Shown: one piece after another, positions 10,248 through 19,468 of the stretch
Layout of the letters: every line of letters starts with the position of its first letter
Numbering within the stretch: position 1 is the stretch's first letter
NCBI GenBank assembly: GCA_965215125.1
Contig: OZ244052.1
Location: 1,952,001 to 2,016,000 of the forward strand
DNA length: 64,000 bases
From: an uncultured candidatus Porisulfidus sp.
GTDB lineage: Bacteria; Pseudomonadota; Gammaproteobacteria; Poriferisulfidales; Oxydemutatoraceae
Direction of reading: 5' to 3'
Translations under genes and position numbers: made by a program
Notes under the pieces: model-generated
Databases searched by the model: none
What the model saw: only the letters and a program-made list of their open reading frames with translations
What the model was told of the DNA's origin: nothing

Positions 10248-10553
10248 ATGAATGGAACAACCAATCAAAGTACGGAAATTTTCGATACGATGCACAAATT
10301 AGAACGAGCAGGCATGTCAAGAACACAGGCAGAGATAACGGCGCGCGCAATTGACCGGCAAGTATCACTGTCGATGCAGGAAGTGCTGGATAAAATAGAC
10401 GCGCGTTTTGACGCTCACGAAATCCGTTACGAAGCGCGTTTTCAAGCTATAGAAAAAAGATTGTCGTGGCTCTATATAGAAAGCATTGTAGCTCTATGTG
10501 TCATTGGTGCCGGCTTTTCCGGTGTCATTATTGCTTTACTGCATATGGCCTAA
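10248..10553 (+). CDS. Small coiled-coil protein with C-terminal TM helix, DUF1640/CCDC90-like
   Basis: FDT-x-x-KLERAGMSR-x-QAE head, heptad coil, hydrophobic tail; AGGAG RBS; paralogue at 36257. Confidence 0.65.
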   Translation: MNGTTNQSTEIFDTMHKLERAGMSRTQAEITARAIDRQVSLSMQEVLDKIDARFDAHEIRYEARFQAIEKRLSWLYIESIVALCVIGAGFSGVIIALLHMA

Positions 10554-10590
10554 ACGATAATCCAAAGCCCCTGCAATAATTAGCCGGATT

Positions 10591-11268
10591 CTATTGTCGT
10601 AGTTGAGCGGTAATTTTTTGTATCATTGCGGCGGATAAAATGCCTTGTCTTTGATGGTTTTCACACAATGCGGTTCTAAAGCCCAGATAATCGGGTGTCA
10701 TTGTAAGCAAAGGCTTGATGTCTTGGTATTTTAAGGAACCTGCGATGCCGCAAAGCAAACCGTTGCTTTGCGCGGTTTTCACAAAACTACTTAACTCGGA
10801 GTCGCTTTTGATAGTTCGTACCGAACCGTTCTTTTTATTTGCCGTATCTACCATGATTCCGCTGAAACCCGCCGACTTTAATAGATGACAGGGTCCCGAT
10901 AAATCGTTAAAGTATTCGGCGAATAAAACTCCGACTAAATTAACATTTGTAGCGACTGTTTTGAGCGCGGGCAAACATTTCAAAAGCCAATCACCGCCGA
11001 ACATTCCGACTTTGACATAATTTACTCCGAGCTTTGCGATTGCCTGCGTTTTTTTCAATACGACTTCGGGATCGGCAGGCAAATCACCTATGGTTGCGCT
11101 ACTGATACATGTCCCTGAAACGAGATCCATGATTTTACCGATAGTATGTTCGTCCAATGCCCCTAAGGCACCCTGTGCAGGGTTTTTCATATCAAGTATT
11201 CCCACCGAGGCCTGTAGTGCGATGCGTGCTTCTTCCACACTGGAAATGCTCGCTAATAATTTCGTCAT
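10591..11268 (-). CDS. mfnB: (5-formylfuran-3-yl)methyl phosphate synthase, MfnB/Orf22-like
   Basis: LLAS-x-x-S-x-EEA, DMKNPAQGALGA, SATIGD, YVKVG, MVDTA-x-K, GIAGSL, LGFRTALC; likely start MTKLL at 11268. Confidence 0.8.
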   Translation of the reverse strand: MTKLLASISSVEEARIALQASVGILDMKNPAQGALGALDEHTIGKIMDLVSGTCISSATIGDLPADPEVVLKKTQAIAKLGVNYVKVGMFGGDWLLKCLPALKTVATNVNLVGVLFAEYFNDLSGPCHLLKSAGFSGIMVDTANKKNGSVRTIKSDSELSSFVKTAQSNGLLCGIAGSLKYQDIKPLLTMTPDYLGFRTALCENHQRQGILSAAMIQKITAQLRQ

Positions 11269-11837
11269 AGTATCTCCGATATTTCGGGAAATTTTTTCTG
11301 CACGCGTTCCATCAACCACGACCACGCTTCGAGTTCCTCGGAGCCGGCGGTTTTATCTATGGCAATTTTCAGATAAGCGATCTCGGTGAGAATTTTCTCG
11401 GGTGCTAATCGCTCTAGGCGGCTGACGAGTATCGCCAATTCTATAACCGCAGCTTGCGCTCGGTTAAAGCCGTTGAAAGGTGCGTGCGTTGCCTCGTGCA
11501 ATATCTCGGTGTATAGCTTCGGTCTGAGTGCATCCTCTTCGGTTTTGACGACTTTGACTTCAATGTGACTCAACGCCGCCTCTAGTCGCTTGGCTTTTAC
11601 ATGTTTACTTTCTGTCAGAGACCATTCTCTGTGACCGCTTAGACAACCTGCAAATACTCTGACATCGTCTATACGGTTGATTACCGCATATGGTATGCGC
11701 TTGAGATTATCCAAAGTGGTAGACGGTTTGAAAGGAGCTAGTATCGTAAAGGAATCGCTCACCCACATACCCATCGGAGCAAGATATGTGCTACCGTCTT
11801 CGTTGCAAGTAGAGACGATTGTTTCAAGTATCTTCAT
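11265..11837 (-). CDS. DUF447-family protein (Orf19-like, H4MPT cluster)
   Basis: ILETIVST, APMG, PFKPSTTLDNL, GFNRAQAAVIE, AIDKTAG. Confidence 0.8.
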   Translation of the reverse strand: MKILETIVSTCNEDGSTYLAPMGMWVSDSFTILAPFKPSTTLDNLKRIPYAVINRIDDVRVFAGCLSGHREWSLTESKHVKAKRLEAALSHIEVKVVKTEEDALRPKLYTEILHEATHAPFNGFNRAQAAVIELAILVSRLERLAPEKILTEIAYLKIAIDKTAGSEELEAWSWLMERVQKKFPEISEIL

Positions 11838-13272
11838 TCTTTGTATTTCGTTTTTTTCTGTTTTTTATTTTTTCGCGTCGTTCCTTTAAGGTTACGCCGC
11901 CTTCCTTGAAAGTAGTGAGGTCTTCTTCTTTAGGTTCTACGGCACATCCCCAAAGCAATTCTTCGTCCTGATTGTAACGCTTTCCTAGCTGCCATGCAAT
12001 CTGCGCTCGCCCTAATTCCACTCCCAAGTAAAAGGCGTGTCCGCCGTCGTCCGAGACACCCAGCTCGGTATAAAAATCAAAAGGATCGGTTGCAACTTTA
12101 TAGAGATCGCAGTTATATATATGTATACCCTCTTCGTTGAGCTGTATTCTGAAATTTTTATCTTTGATAGACTCGGCAATGGTTTTAATCTCCTCCGTAC
12201 TGTAAGGAAAAGGGTGTCGTTCGTGCAATGCCATCAAACCACTTGCGATATTCGCAGGCGTGGAGCTGTGGCGACGCGCTGCATACATAATGCGCCTTGC
12301 CAAATCGGCTTCTCGTATCGCACAGCGGCAGTGTTCGCTAACTTGGGTGGTCAATAAGTATCTAATGTCAAGTTCCGATACGATTCCCAATAGCAATGCA
12401 TTGATGCCCGAGGTGTCGGCGTGTGTTAGTTCGGTTAGATTGCCGATTCCCATCATTATTTCTATATGCGGATGATCGTGGCGCAAGCGGTGGTAGCGTG
12501 CCACAGAATCGCTAAATCCGTAATGTATGGGATCTAGAATAGGGTCGGCGATAAATGCTCTATTTTTTTTCTCCAGTCTTTCTATGCAGTTATAAAGTGT
12601 TTCTATCTGTTGCGGTGTGTCCGGGATCACGATAGGTATCGCCTCGCTTTCGTCGGCGACCCATAGCGTGTTTTGTTTTAGGCTGAGCAGATAATCTGCG
12701 CCGTACTGTGATGCCTGTAACAGCTGTTCGGTGTTATGCGTATCTACGCTGACCTTGAAACGATGTTCTTTGAGCAAACTAATCGTATCTTTGAGTTGCG
12801 GAAAAGGTGTTTCCGGCATAAACCCTATATCTATCACATCGGCACCGTCGGCTCTGTAACGTTGCGCAATATTCAGAGTCTCTTCCGGCGACTGCTCGGC
12901 AGCTTCGACTATCTCACCGAAGATCAACACATCCGAGTCTTCCAAATCGTAATGATGTGTTTTACCGAAGAGTGATGGAATGTCCTTGAGTTCGTCGGGC
13001 CCGCGTTCAAACGGAATACGGAAATGAGAGTAAAGTTCGTCTAAGTCACCGCGAAAAAGACCCGGTAAAATAATTCTGTCAAATTGATCTATGTCTTTTA
13101 ATCTTCGTTTGATGATATTCGTGGTCATCATAGAAGCGACGCTTAAACCTAAATTACGGACATCGTATGTAAATGCGTCGCTTTGCATGTCCTCTAAGAT
13201 ACGAACCAACCCCGAATAAGCGAGTTTACCGGTTAGAAATAGGATATGCTCTTTGTTTTTAATATCAGTCAT
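11824..13272 (-). CDS. Dihydropteroate-synthase-related protein (Orf20/DUF6513-like)
   Basis: FLTGKLA, GADVIDIG, DPILDPI, MGIGNLTELTHADT, HAFYLGVEL, GKRYNQDE. Confidence 0.85.
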   Translation of the reverse strand: MTDIKNKEHILFLTGKLAYSGLVRILEDMQSDAFTYDVRNLGLSVASMMTTNIIKRRLKDIDQFDRIILPGLFRGDLDELYSHFRIPFERGPDELKDIPSLFGKTHHYDLEDSDVLIFGEIVEAAEQSPEETLNIAQRYRADGADVIDIGFMPETPFPQLKDTISLLKEHRFKVSVDTHNTEQLLQASQYGADYLLSLKQNTLWVADESEAIPIVIPDTPQQIETLYNCIERLEKKNRAFIADPILDPIHYGFSDSVARYHRLRHDHPHIEIMMGIGNLTELTHADTSGINALLLGIVSELDIRYLLTTQVSEHCRCAIREADLARRIMYAARRHSSTPANIASGLMALHERHPFPYSTEEIKTIAESIKDKNFRIQLNEEGIHIYNCDLYKVATDPFDFYTELGVSDDGGHAFYLGVELGRAQIAWQLGKRYNQDEELLWGCAVEPKEEDLTTFKEGGVTLKERREKIKNRKKRNTKNEDT

Positions 13273-13388
13273 AATAAACTTGAGTTATCGGATAATTTTG
13301 GAATATTTTGAGGGTGTATATATAATAGCTAATTCTCGAGTTAGATACTTAAAAAACACACATTTTAATACTTATTTTATCAATATCC

Positions 13389-14312
13389 ATGATGCGTGAC
13401 ACTGAATCACCTTATTATAGAACGCCCGTACCCGACAAAAGCTATTTTGACAAACTCAACACGATGGTGTTGGTATCTACTTTTCCTCGCTCCGGTTCGA
13501 CATTACTCGGCTATTTACTAACCGCCCATTGCAATATGGTGGTAGCTAGCGAACCGAACAACTACAAAGAAAATCTATATAGTGAAGTGCCCCCGATGGC
13601 ATTAATAAATTATATTTTATATGTAGACAAAATGAGGTTTGAAGAAGCGGAAAATGCTCGTTCTACGGAAAAGCCACAGGAAACCTCTATATCCGATAAT
13701 ACTATAAAGAGGACTTATAACAAGCGAGAACGTTATATGTTTGTTCCTAATCAATGGCAGGCATGTTGCGAGTCGTTGCGCGTTATAGGAATTAAAAATT
13801 CATCGGTATTGGCGAGGCATCTATCGGAGGAAGATATATATGAAAAATTCAAGCTAAAACTTCATAAATTAGGAATTCATCGTTTGAAGTTTATTTTTAC
13901 AGTACGAAACCCTTACGATATGATCAGCACGGATATAGTGCATCGAGCCGGAAATCCGAAAATGGCTTCTTTCACCGAGGAGCAGAAACATAGCCTAATA
14001 ACTAAAAAAGTAAAAAATCAATTTGTAAAACGATGCGAAATAGCTAAAAAGATTTTTAAATTAACTAGAGATAAGGATATATTTATAAATAGGCACGAGG
14101 ATATGGTGGCTTCACCCATAGACCAGCTGAGCAAGCTATGCGATTTCCTGAAAGTGCCGGCATTTCCCGATTATCTTAATGATTGTGCGTCCGTGGTTCA
14201 TAAAAAATCCAACAAAAGCCGCCATGAACTGGATTGGTCGGGGCAACAAAAGGAAGAGGTAGCGAAACTGATAGATAAATATCACTTCCTTTCCGGCTAC
14301 AGCTGGGATTGA
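13389..14312 (+). CDS. Sulfotransferase-family protein, array copy 1
   Basis: 5'-PSB motif FPRSGSTLLG, VPNQWQ, 3'-PB motif VRNPYD, RHED. Confidence 0.85.
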   Translation: MMRDTESPYYRTPVPDKSYFDKLNTMVLVSTFPRSGSTLLGYLLTAHCNMVVASEPNNYKENLYSEVPPMALINYILYVDKMRFEEAENARSTEKPQETSISDNTIKRTYNKRERYMFVPNQWQACCESLRVIGIKNSSVLARHLSEEDIYEKFKLKLHKLGIHRLKFIFTVRNPYDMISTDIVHRAGNPKMASFTEEQKHSLITKKVKNQFVKRCEIAKKIFKLTRDKDIFINRHEDMVASPIDQLSKLCDFLKVPAFPDYLNDCASVVHKKSNKSRHELDWSGQQKEEVAKLIDKYHFLSGYSWD

Positions 14313-14632
14313 TAACAAACACTCAAAAGATTATTTATGTCCGACCGTATTGATTCACAAGATTATGAAATGCCTGCACTCGACACAGCGTATTTTAAGG
14401 ATATACGTATATTCGTATCAACGATAGGATTTCATAGAAGCGGTTCATCACTAGTCGGTTATTTACTGACCGCACATCGCAATATAATAATCGCTCATGA
14501 ACCTCGTATCAAAAATACGGATCTATACGAATTAACTGCAAAAGAATTATTTAATTGGATTATTGCAAAAGATAAAAATAGATTTAGAGCTGCAAAAGAA
14601 TTTATTGAAAATAGTCAAAAATCTTCATCACT

Positions 14633-15948
14633 GAGACTGTAATTTAAATTGTGTAAGTTCTAATTAAGATAAACTAGGTGGCAACACCAAACTAATAAAG
14701 GAGAACTTATGAAAGATATAAAAAGCATCGGGAAAGAATTATCCCGTCATGTAAAGACCCAACAAGAGATGACCGATATCATCGGTCAGTTGATTAAGTC
14801 AATGATGGAAGGCATACTCAATGCGGAGCTGGACGACCATCTCGGCTATGAGAAAAACGACAAAGCATCCAAGCGTAGAAAGAATACCCGCAACGGGCAT
14901 AGTGCCAAGACCTTAAAGACCAATTATGGGGATATAACGATACAGACACCGCGAGATCGGGAGGCGTCGTTTGAACCGATGATTGTGCCGAAAGGGAAAA
15001 CCCGTTTAGACGGATTTGAGGATACGATATTGGCACTCTATGCGCAAGGGATGACGGTGCGACAGATACAAGAGTCGATTAAAGAGTTGTATCATGGTGC
15101 GGAGATTTCTACTGCGGTTATCTCGAATGTCACCGATGCGGTGATAGACGAGGTGCGGACTTGGCAGAGCCGAGTGTTAGAGTGCCTCTATGTGGTGATG
15201 TATCTGGATTGCATCGTCGTCAAAGTGCGAGAGCAAGGCCGTATCATTAACAAGTCGATCTATGTTGCACTGGGCATAAAGCGCAGTGGACGCAAGGAAT
15301 TACTCGGGTTGTGGATTGCCGAGACCGAAAGTGCTAAGTTCTGGTTAGCGATATTAACCGAGCTACAAAATCGGGGTGTGAAAGATATCTTGATCTGTTG
15401 CATAGATGGTCTGAAGGGTTTCGCAGAGGCGATTGCCAGCGTCTATCCGCAGGCAAAAATACAACTGTGTCTAGTCCACATGATGAGAAACTCGCTACGC
15501 TATGTTGCGACTAAAGATAAGAAAGCAGTCTCGGCAGCGTTAAAGAAGATATACAATAGTCCTACGGCGCAGGCTGCCGAGCAGGCGTTAGATGAGTTTG
15601 CCGATTGCTGGTCGGCAAAATATCCGAGTGTTGAGCGGTCGTGGCGCAATAACTGGGACAACCTGATTACGTTATTTGATTACCCGCCGGAGATTAGAAA
15701 AATTATCTATACAACGAATGCGATAGAAAGTCTCAATAGCGTGATTAGAAAATCCATCCGCAACCGGAAGATATTCCCGAGCGACCAATCGGCATTGAAA
15801 GTAGTTTATTTGGCAATCAAAAAAGCCTCTGCTCGCTGGACGCTGCCGATACGAAATTGGATACCGGCGATGAACCGATTAGCTATTGAATACGAAGGTA
15901 GATTTGATATTGAGGAAAACGAAGTTACACAAAATAGTTAACAGGCTC
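14633..15948 (+). mobile_element. IS256-family insertion sequence with 8-bp target duplication
   Basis: TCATCACT at 14625-14632 and 15949-15956; imperfect 24-bp IRs GAGACTGTAATTTAAATTGTGTAA / GAGCCTGTTAACTATTTTGTGTAA. Confidence 0.95.
14709..15941 (+). CDS. IS256 (Mutator-like) DDE transposase
   Basis: RNG, PRDR, YLDCIVVK, DGLKG, QLCLVH, IYTTNAIESLN. Confidence 0.95.
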   Translation: MKDIKSIGKELSRHVKTQQEMTDIIGQLIKSMMEGILNAELDDHLGYEKNDKASKRRKNTRNGHSAKTLKTNYGDITIQTPRDREASFEPMIVPKGKTRLDGFEDTILALYAQGMTVRQIQESIKELYHGAEISTAVISNVTDAVIDEVRTWQSRVLECLYVVMYLDCIVVKVREQGRIINKSIYVALGIKRSGRKELLGLWIAETESAKFWLAILTELQNRGVKDILICCIDGLKGFAEAIASVYPQAKIQLCLVHMMRNSLRYVATKDKKAVSAALKKIYNSPTAQAAEQALDEFADCWSAKYPSVERSWRNNWDNLITLFDYPPEIRKIIYTTNAIESLNSVIRKSIRNRKIFPSDQSALKVVYLAIKKASARWTLPIRNWIPAMNRLAIEYEGRFDIEENEVTQNS

Positions 15949-16596
15949 TCATCACTAAATAAAAGTGAGTCCAAATCAGGGTATGGTGCAAAAAGCAAAT
16001 ATGTGATGGTTCCTAATCAATGGCAAACCCGCTGTGAGTCTTTGCAGGTGATCGGGGTTAAGCGTTCTGCATATATGAACTGCGTCTCAAACATAGACAT
16101 ACTAGAGACTTTTAGGGAAAATCTTAGCGAGGAATCAGTTAGTTGCTTAAAGTTCATTTTTACTGTGCGTAATCCTTACGATATGATTAATACCAGTATG
16201 AGATATAAGGCTAAAAAAGGCAAGATAAAAACGGCAACACAAGTTGATATAGGGAAAATACTGCATAAAAGAATAAAAAATTTCGCGGAAGTATGTAAAA
16301 AGATAGAGGTTATTTTTGCGTTAATTAAAGCCGAGGATATATTTATAAATAGGCATGAGGATATGGTGGCTTCACCCGTAGACCAGCTGAGCAAGCTATG
16401 CGATTTCCTGAAAGTGCCGGCATTTCCCGATTATCTTAATGATTGTGCGTCCGTGGTTGATAAAAAAGCCAACAAAAGCCGTTATGAACTGGATTGGTCG
16501 GAGCAACAAAAGGAAGAGGTAGCGGAACTGATAGATAAATATCACTTCCTTTCCGGCTACAGCTGGGATTCATAACAAACACTTATAGGATTATTT

Positions 16597-17517
16597 ATGT
16601 CCGATCGTACTTCTCCCTCGAGATTAAAAATGTCTGCACACGATACGACACCCTTTGAGAATGTACATACATTTGTATCAACGATAGGCTTTAATAGAAG
16701 CGGTTCATCCCTAGTCGGTTCTTTACTCACCGCACATCGCAATATGATAGTTGCCCATGAGCCTCGTCAAAGGAGACCTATATCTATATTCAAAATTGAT
16801 CCTTTGGTGTTATTTTATTTCCTTCTTGTAAGAGATACGGAGAGAAATAGAACCATAAAAAAATGTATTGAAAATAGCGAAAAATCTTTATCACTAAATA
16901 AAAGCGAGTTCAAAACAAGGTATTATACAAGAAACAAATATATGATAGTTCCCAATCAGTGGCAAGCCCGCTATGAGTCTTTGCAAGTTATAGGAATTAA
17001 AGATTCTCCATGCATACAAAAGCAATTATTAAAAGCAGGCATGTTAAAAACTTTTAGGGAAAATCTTAAAAAGGAATCGGTTAGTTGCTTAAAGTTTATT
17101 TTCATGGTTCGCAACCCTTACGATTTAATTAGTAGTGATACAATTCATTACGCTCAGACGAATTATCTTAGAAAGTTAACACAAGATAATATGAATAAGA
17201 GCCTGTGTAATCTGATGAGGAAGTTCCATAGAAAATGCAGAATAGTGAAGTATCCTTTTACGGTGATTAAAGCCGAGGATATATTTATAAATAGGCATGA
17301 GGATATGGTGGCTTCACCCGTAGACCAGCTGAGTAAGCTATGCGATTTTCTGGGCGTACCGGCACTTCCCGATTATCTTAATGATTGTGCGTCCGTGGTT
17401 GATAAAAAAGCCAACAAAAGCCGTTATGAACTGGATTGGTCGGAGCAACAAAAGGAAGAGGTAGCGAAGCTCATAGATAAATATCACTTCCTTTCCGGCT
17501 ACAGCTGGGATTCATAA
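16597..17517 (+). CDS. Sulfotransferase-family protein, array copy 3
   Basis: GFNRSGSSLVG, VPNQWQ, VRNPYD, RHED. Confidence 0.85.
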   Translation: MSDRTSPSRLKMSAHDTTPFENVHTFVSTIGFNRSGSSLVGSLLTAHRNMIVAHEPRQRRPISIFKIDPLVLFYFLLVRDTERNRTIKKCIENSEKSLSLNKSEFKTRYYTRNKYMIVPNQWQARYESLQVIGIKDSPCIQKQLLKAGMLKTFRENLKKESVSCLKFIFMVRNPYDLISSDTIHYAQTNYLRKLTQDNMNKSLCNLMRKFHRKCRIVKYPFTVIKAEDIFINRHEDMVASPVDQLSKLCDFLGVPALPDYLNDCASVVDKKANKSRYELDWSEQQKEEVAKLIDKYHFLSGYSWDS

Positions 17518-17538
17518 CAAACACTTATAGGATTATTT

Positions 17539-18459
17539 ATGCCCGACCGTACTCTTCCCCGAGATTATAAAACACCTGCATCCGACGCAGCGTATTTTAG
17601 GGATGTACATACATTCGTATCAACAATAGGCTTTCATAGAAGCGGTTCATCCCTAGTCGGTTATTTACTGACCGCACACCGCAATATGATAATTGCCCAC
17701 GAGCTTCATGACAAATATAAAAATCTATACGAAGTCGATCCAAAAGAGTTATTTAATTATATTTTTCTAAGGGATAGAAATAAATTTAGAATAGCAAAAG
17801 AATTTATTGAAAACACCGAAAAATCTTCGTCATTAAATAAAAGTGAGTCCAAATCAAGGTACGGTGCGGGAAACAAATATGTGATAGTTCCTAATCAATG
17901 GCAAGCTCGCTGTGAATCTTTACAGGTGATAGGAGTGAAATGTTCCTCATACTCAACTAATCACCTATCAAAAATAAATATATTAAAGACTTTTAGGGAA
18001 AATCTTAAGAAGAAATCGATTAATCGCTTAAAGTTTATTTTCACGGTGCGCAACCCTTACGATATGATTACCACCAATGTAGCATATTGGGCTAATAATA
18101 AGAGAATTAGAACGGTGACACAGAACGATGTAAATATGGTATTGGACTATAATGTGAAAGTACGCCTCCCTGAAATATGTAAAGGGGCAGAGAGTCTTTT
18201 TACGGTGATTAAAACCGAGGATATATTCATAAATAGACACGAAGATATGGTGGCTTCACCGGTAGGCCAGCTGAGCAAGCTATGCGATTTCCTAAAAGTA
18301 CCGGCGTTTCCCGATTATCTTAATGATTGTGCGTCCGTGGTTGATAAAAAAGCCAACAAAAGCCGTTATGAAGTGGATTGGTCGGAGCAACAAAAGGAAG
18401 AGGTGGCGGAACTGATAGATAAATATCACTTCCTTTCCGGCTACAGCTGGGATTCATAA
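17539..18459 (+). CDS. Sulfotransferase-family protein, array copy 4
   Basis: GFHRSGSSLVG, VPNQWQ, VRNPYD, RHED. Confidence 0.85.
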   Translation: MPDRTLPRDYKTPASDAAYFRDVHTFVSTIGFHRSGSSLVGYLLTAHRNMIIAHELHDKYKNLYEVDPKELFNYIFLRDRNKFRIAKEFIENTEKSSSLNKSESKSRYGAGNKYVIVPNQWQARCESLQVIGVKCSSYSTNHLSKINILKTFRENLKKKSINRLKFIFTVRNPYDMITTNVAYWANNKRIRTVTQNDVNMVLDYNVKVRLPEICKGAESLFTVIKTEDIFINRHEDMVASPVGQLSKLCDFLKVPAFPDYLNDCASVVDKKANKSRYEVDWSEQQKEEVAELIDKYHFLSGYSWDS

Positions 18460-18480
18460 CAAATACTTACAGGATTATTT

Positions 18481-19428
18481 ATGCCCGATCGTACTCTTCC
18501 ACAAGATTATGAAATACCTGCACCCGACGCAGCGTATTTTGACGATATACATACGATGACACTGGTATCGTATTTTCCCAGATCCGGTTCATCGCTACTC
18601 GGTTATTTACTTACCGCACATCCCAATATGGTTATAGCTAATGAGCCTGCCCGACCGGATGAGACATTATATGACAAAGTTCCTTTTATAGTTTTACTGA
18701 ATTATATTTTATATATAGATAAAATGAGATTTGAGGGTGCGAGAAAAATTCGGGATCCACAGACTTTTGAGGAGGCCTCGGACTCGAATAATTCGGTAAA
18801 AAGAACTTATAATCAGCAAGAACGTTATATATCTGTTCCTAATCAATGGCAGGCCCGTTGCGAGTCGTTGAAAGTAATAGGTATTAAAAACTCATTACCG
18901 TTGGCAGAGAGTTTATTAGCGGAGGGGATGTTAGAAAAGCTAAAAGAGAATCTCAAACAAGCAAATATTCGTCGCTTGAGGTTTATTTTCACGGTGCGTA
19001 ATCCTTATGATATGATTGCCACCGATGTAGTCTATTGGGCAGGTAATAGAAGGCTTAGAGTGGTAACACAGGATGATGTGAATAAGATGCTAGATTATAA
19101 AATAAAGATATCGTTTCCTATTATGTGCAAGCAAGGGAAAAAACTACTGGAGCTAATGCAACCGACGAATATGCTAAGCAAAAATACGGATATACTGATA
19201 AATAGGCACGAAGATTTAGTCGCTTCTCCCGCTAAACAACTAACCAAGCTATGCAAATTCCTAAAAGTGTCTTATCCCCGCGATTATTTGGAAGATTGTG
19301 CTTCGGTAATTCGCAAAAAAACTAATAAAAGCCGTCATGAACTGCACTGGTCGGACGAGCAAAAGGAAGAAGTAAGAAAAATAATTAACGAATACGATTT
19401 CTTCTCGGGCTACAACTGGGATATATAA
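18481..19428 (+). CDS. Sulfotransferase-family protein, array copy 5
   Basis: FPRSGSSLLG, VPNQWQ, VRNPYD, RHED. Confidence 0.85.
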   Translation: MPDRTLPQDYEIPAPDAAYFDDIHTMTLVSYFPRSGSSLLGYLLTAHPNMVIANEPARPDETLYDKVPFIVLLNYILYIDKMRFEGARKIRDPQTFEEASDSNNSVKRTYNQQERYISVPNQWQARCESLKVIGIKNSLPLAESLLAEGMLEKLKENLKQANIRRLRFIFTVRNPYDMIATDVVYWAGNRRLRVVTQDDVNKMLDYKIKISFPIMCKQGKKLLELMQPTNMLSKNTDILINRHEDLVASPAKQLTKLCKFLKVSYPRDYLEDCASVIRKKTNKSRHELHWSDEQKEEVRKIINEYDFFSGYNWDI

Positions 19429-19468
19429 ACAAAGTGTATGAGGGATACAAACGCTTGTGCTTCAAAAA

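Larger units (their letters stand above)
14337..16575 (+). pseudogene. Sulfotransferase array copy 2, interrupted by IS256
   Basis: N-part 14337-14632 and C-part 15957-16575 rejoin in frame to KSSSLNKSESK, as in copy 4. Confidence 0.9.

Noticed and set aside
15886-16575. Independent 229-aa gene
   Set aside because: It starts inside the IS256 end and is the C-terminal half of the interrupted sulfotransferase.
13389-19428. Diversity-generating retroelement or integron cassette array
   Set aside because: No reverse transcriptase or integrase in the window, differences are not visibly adenine-restricted, and the 21-nt spacers lack attC structure.
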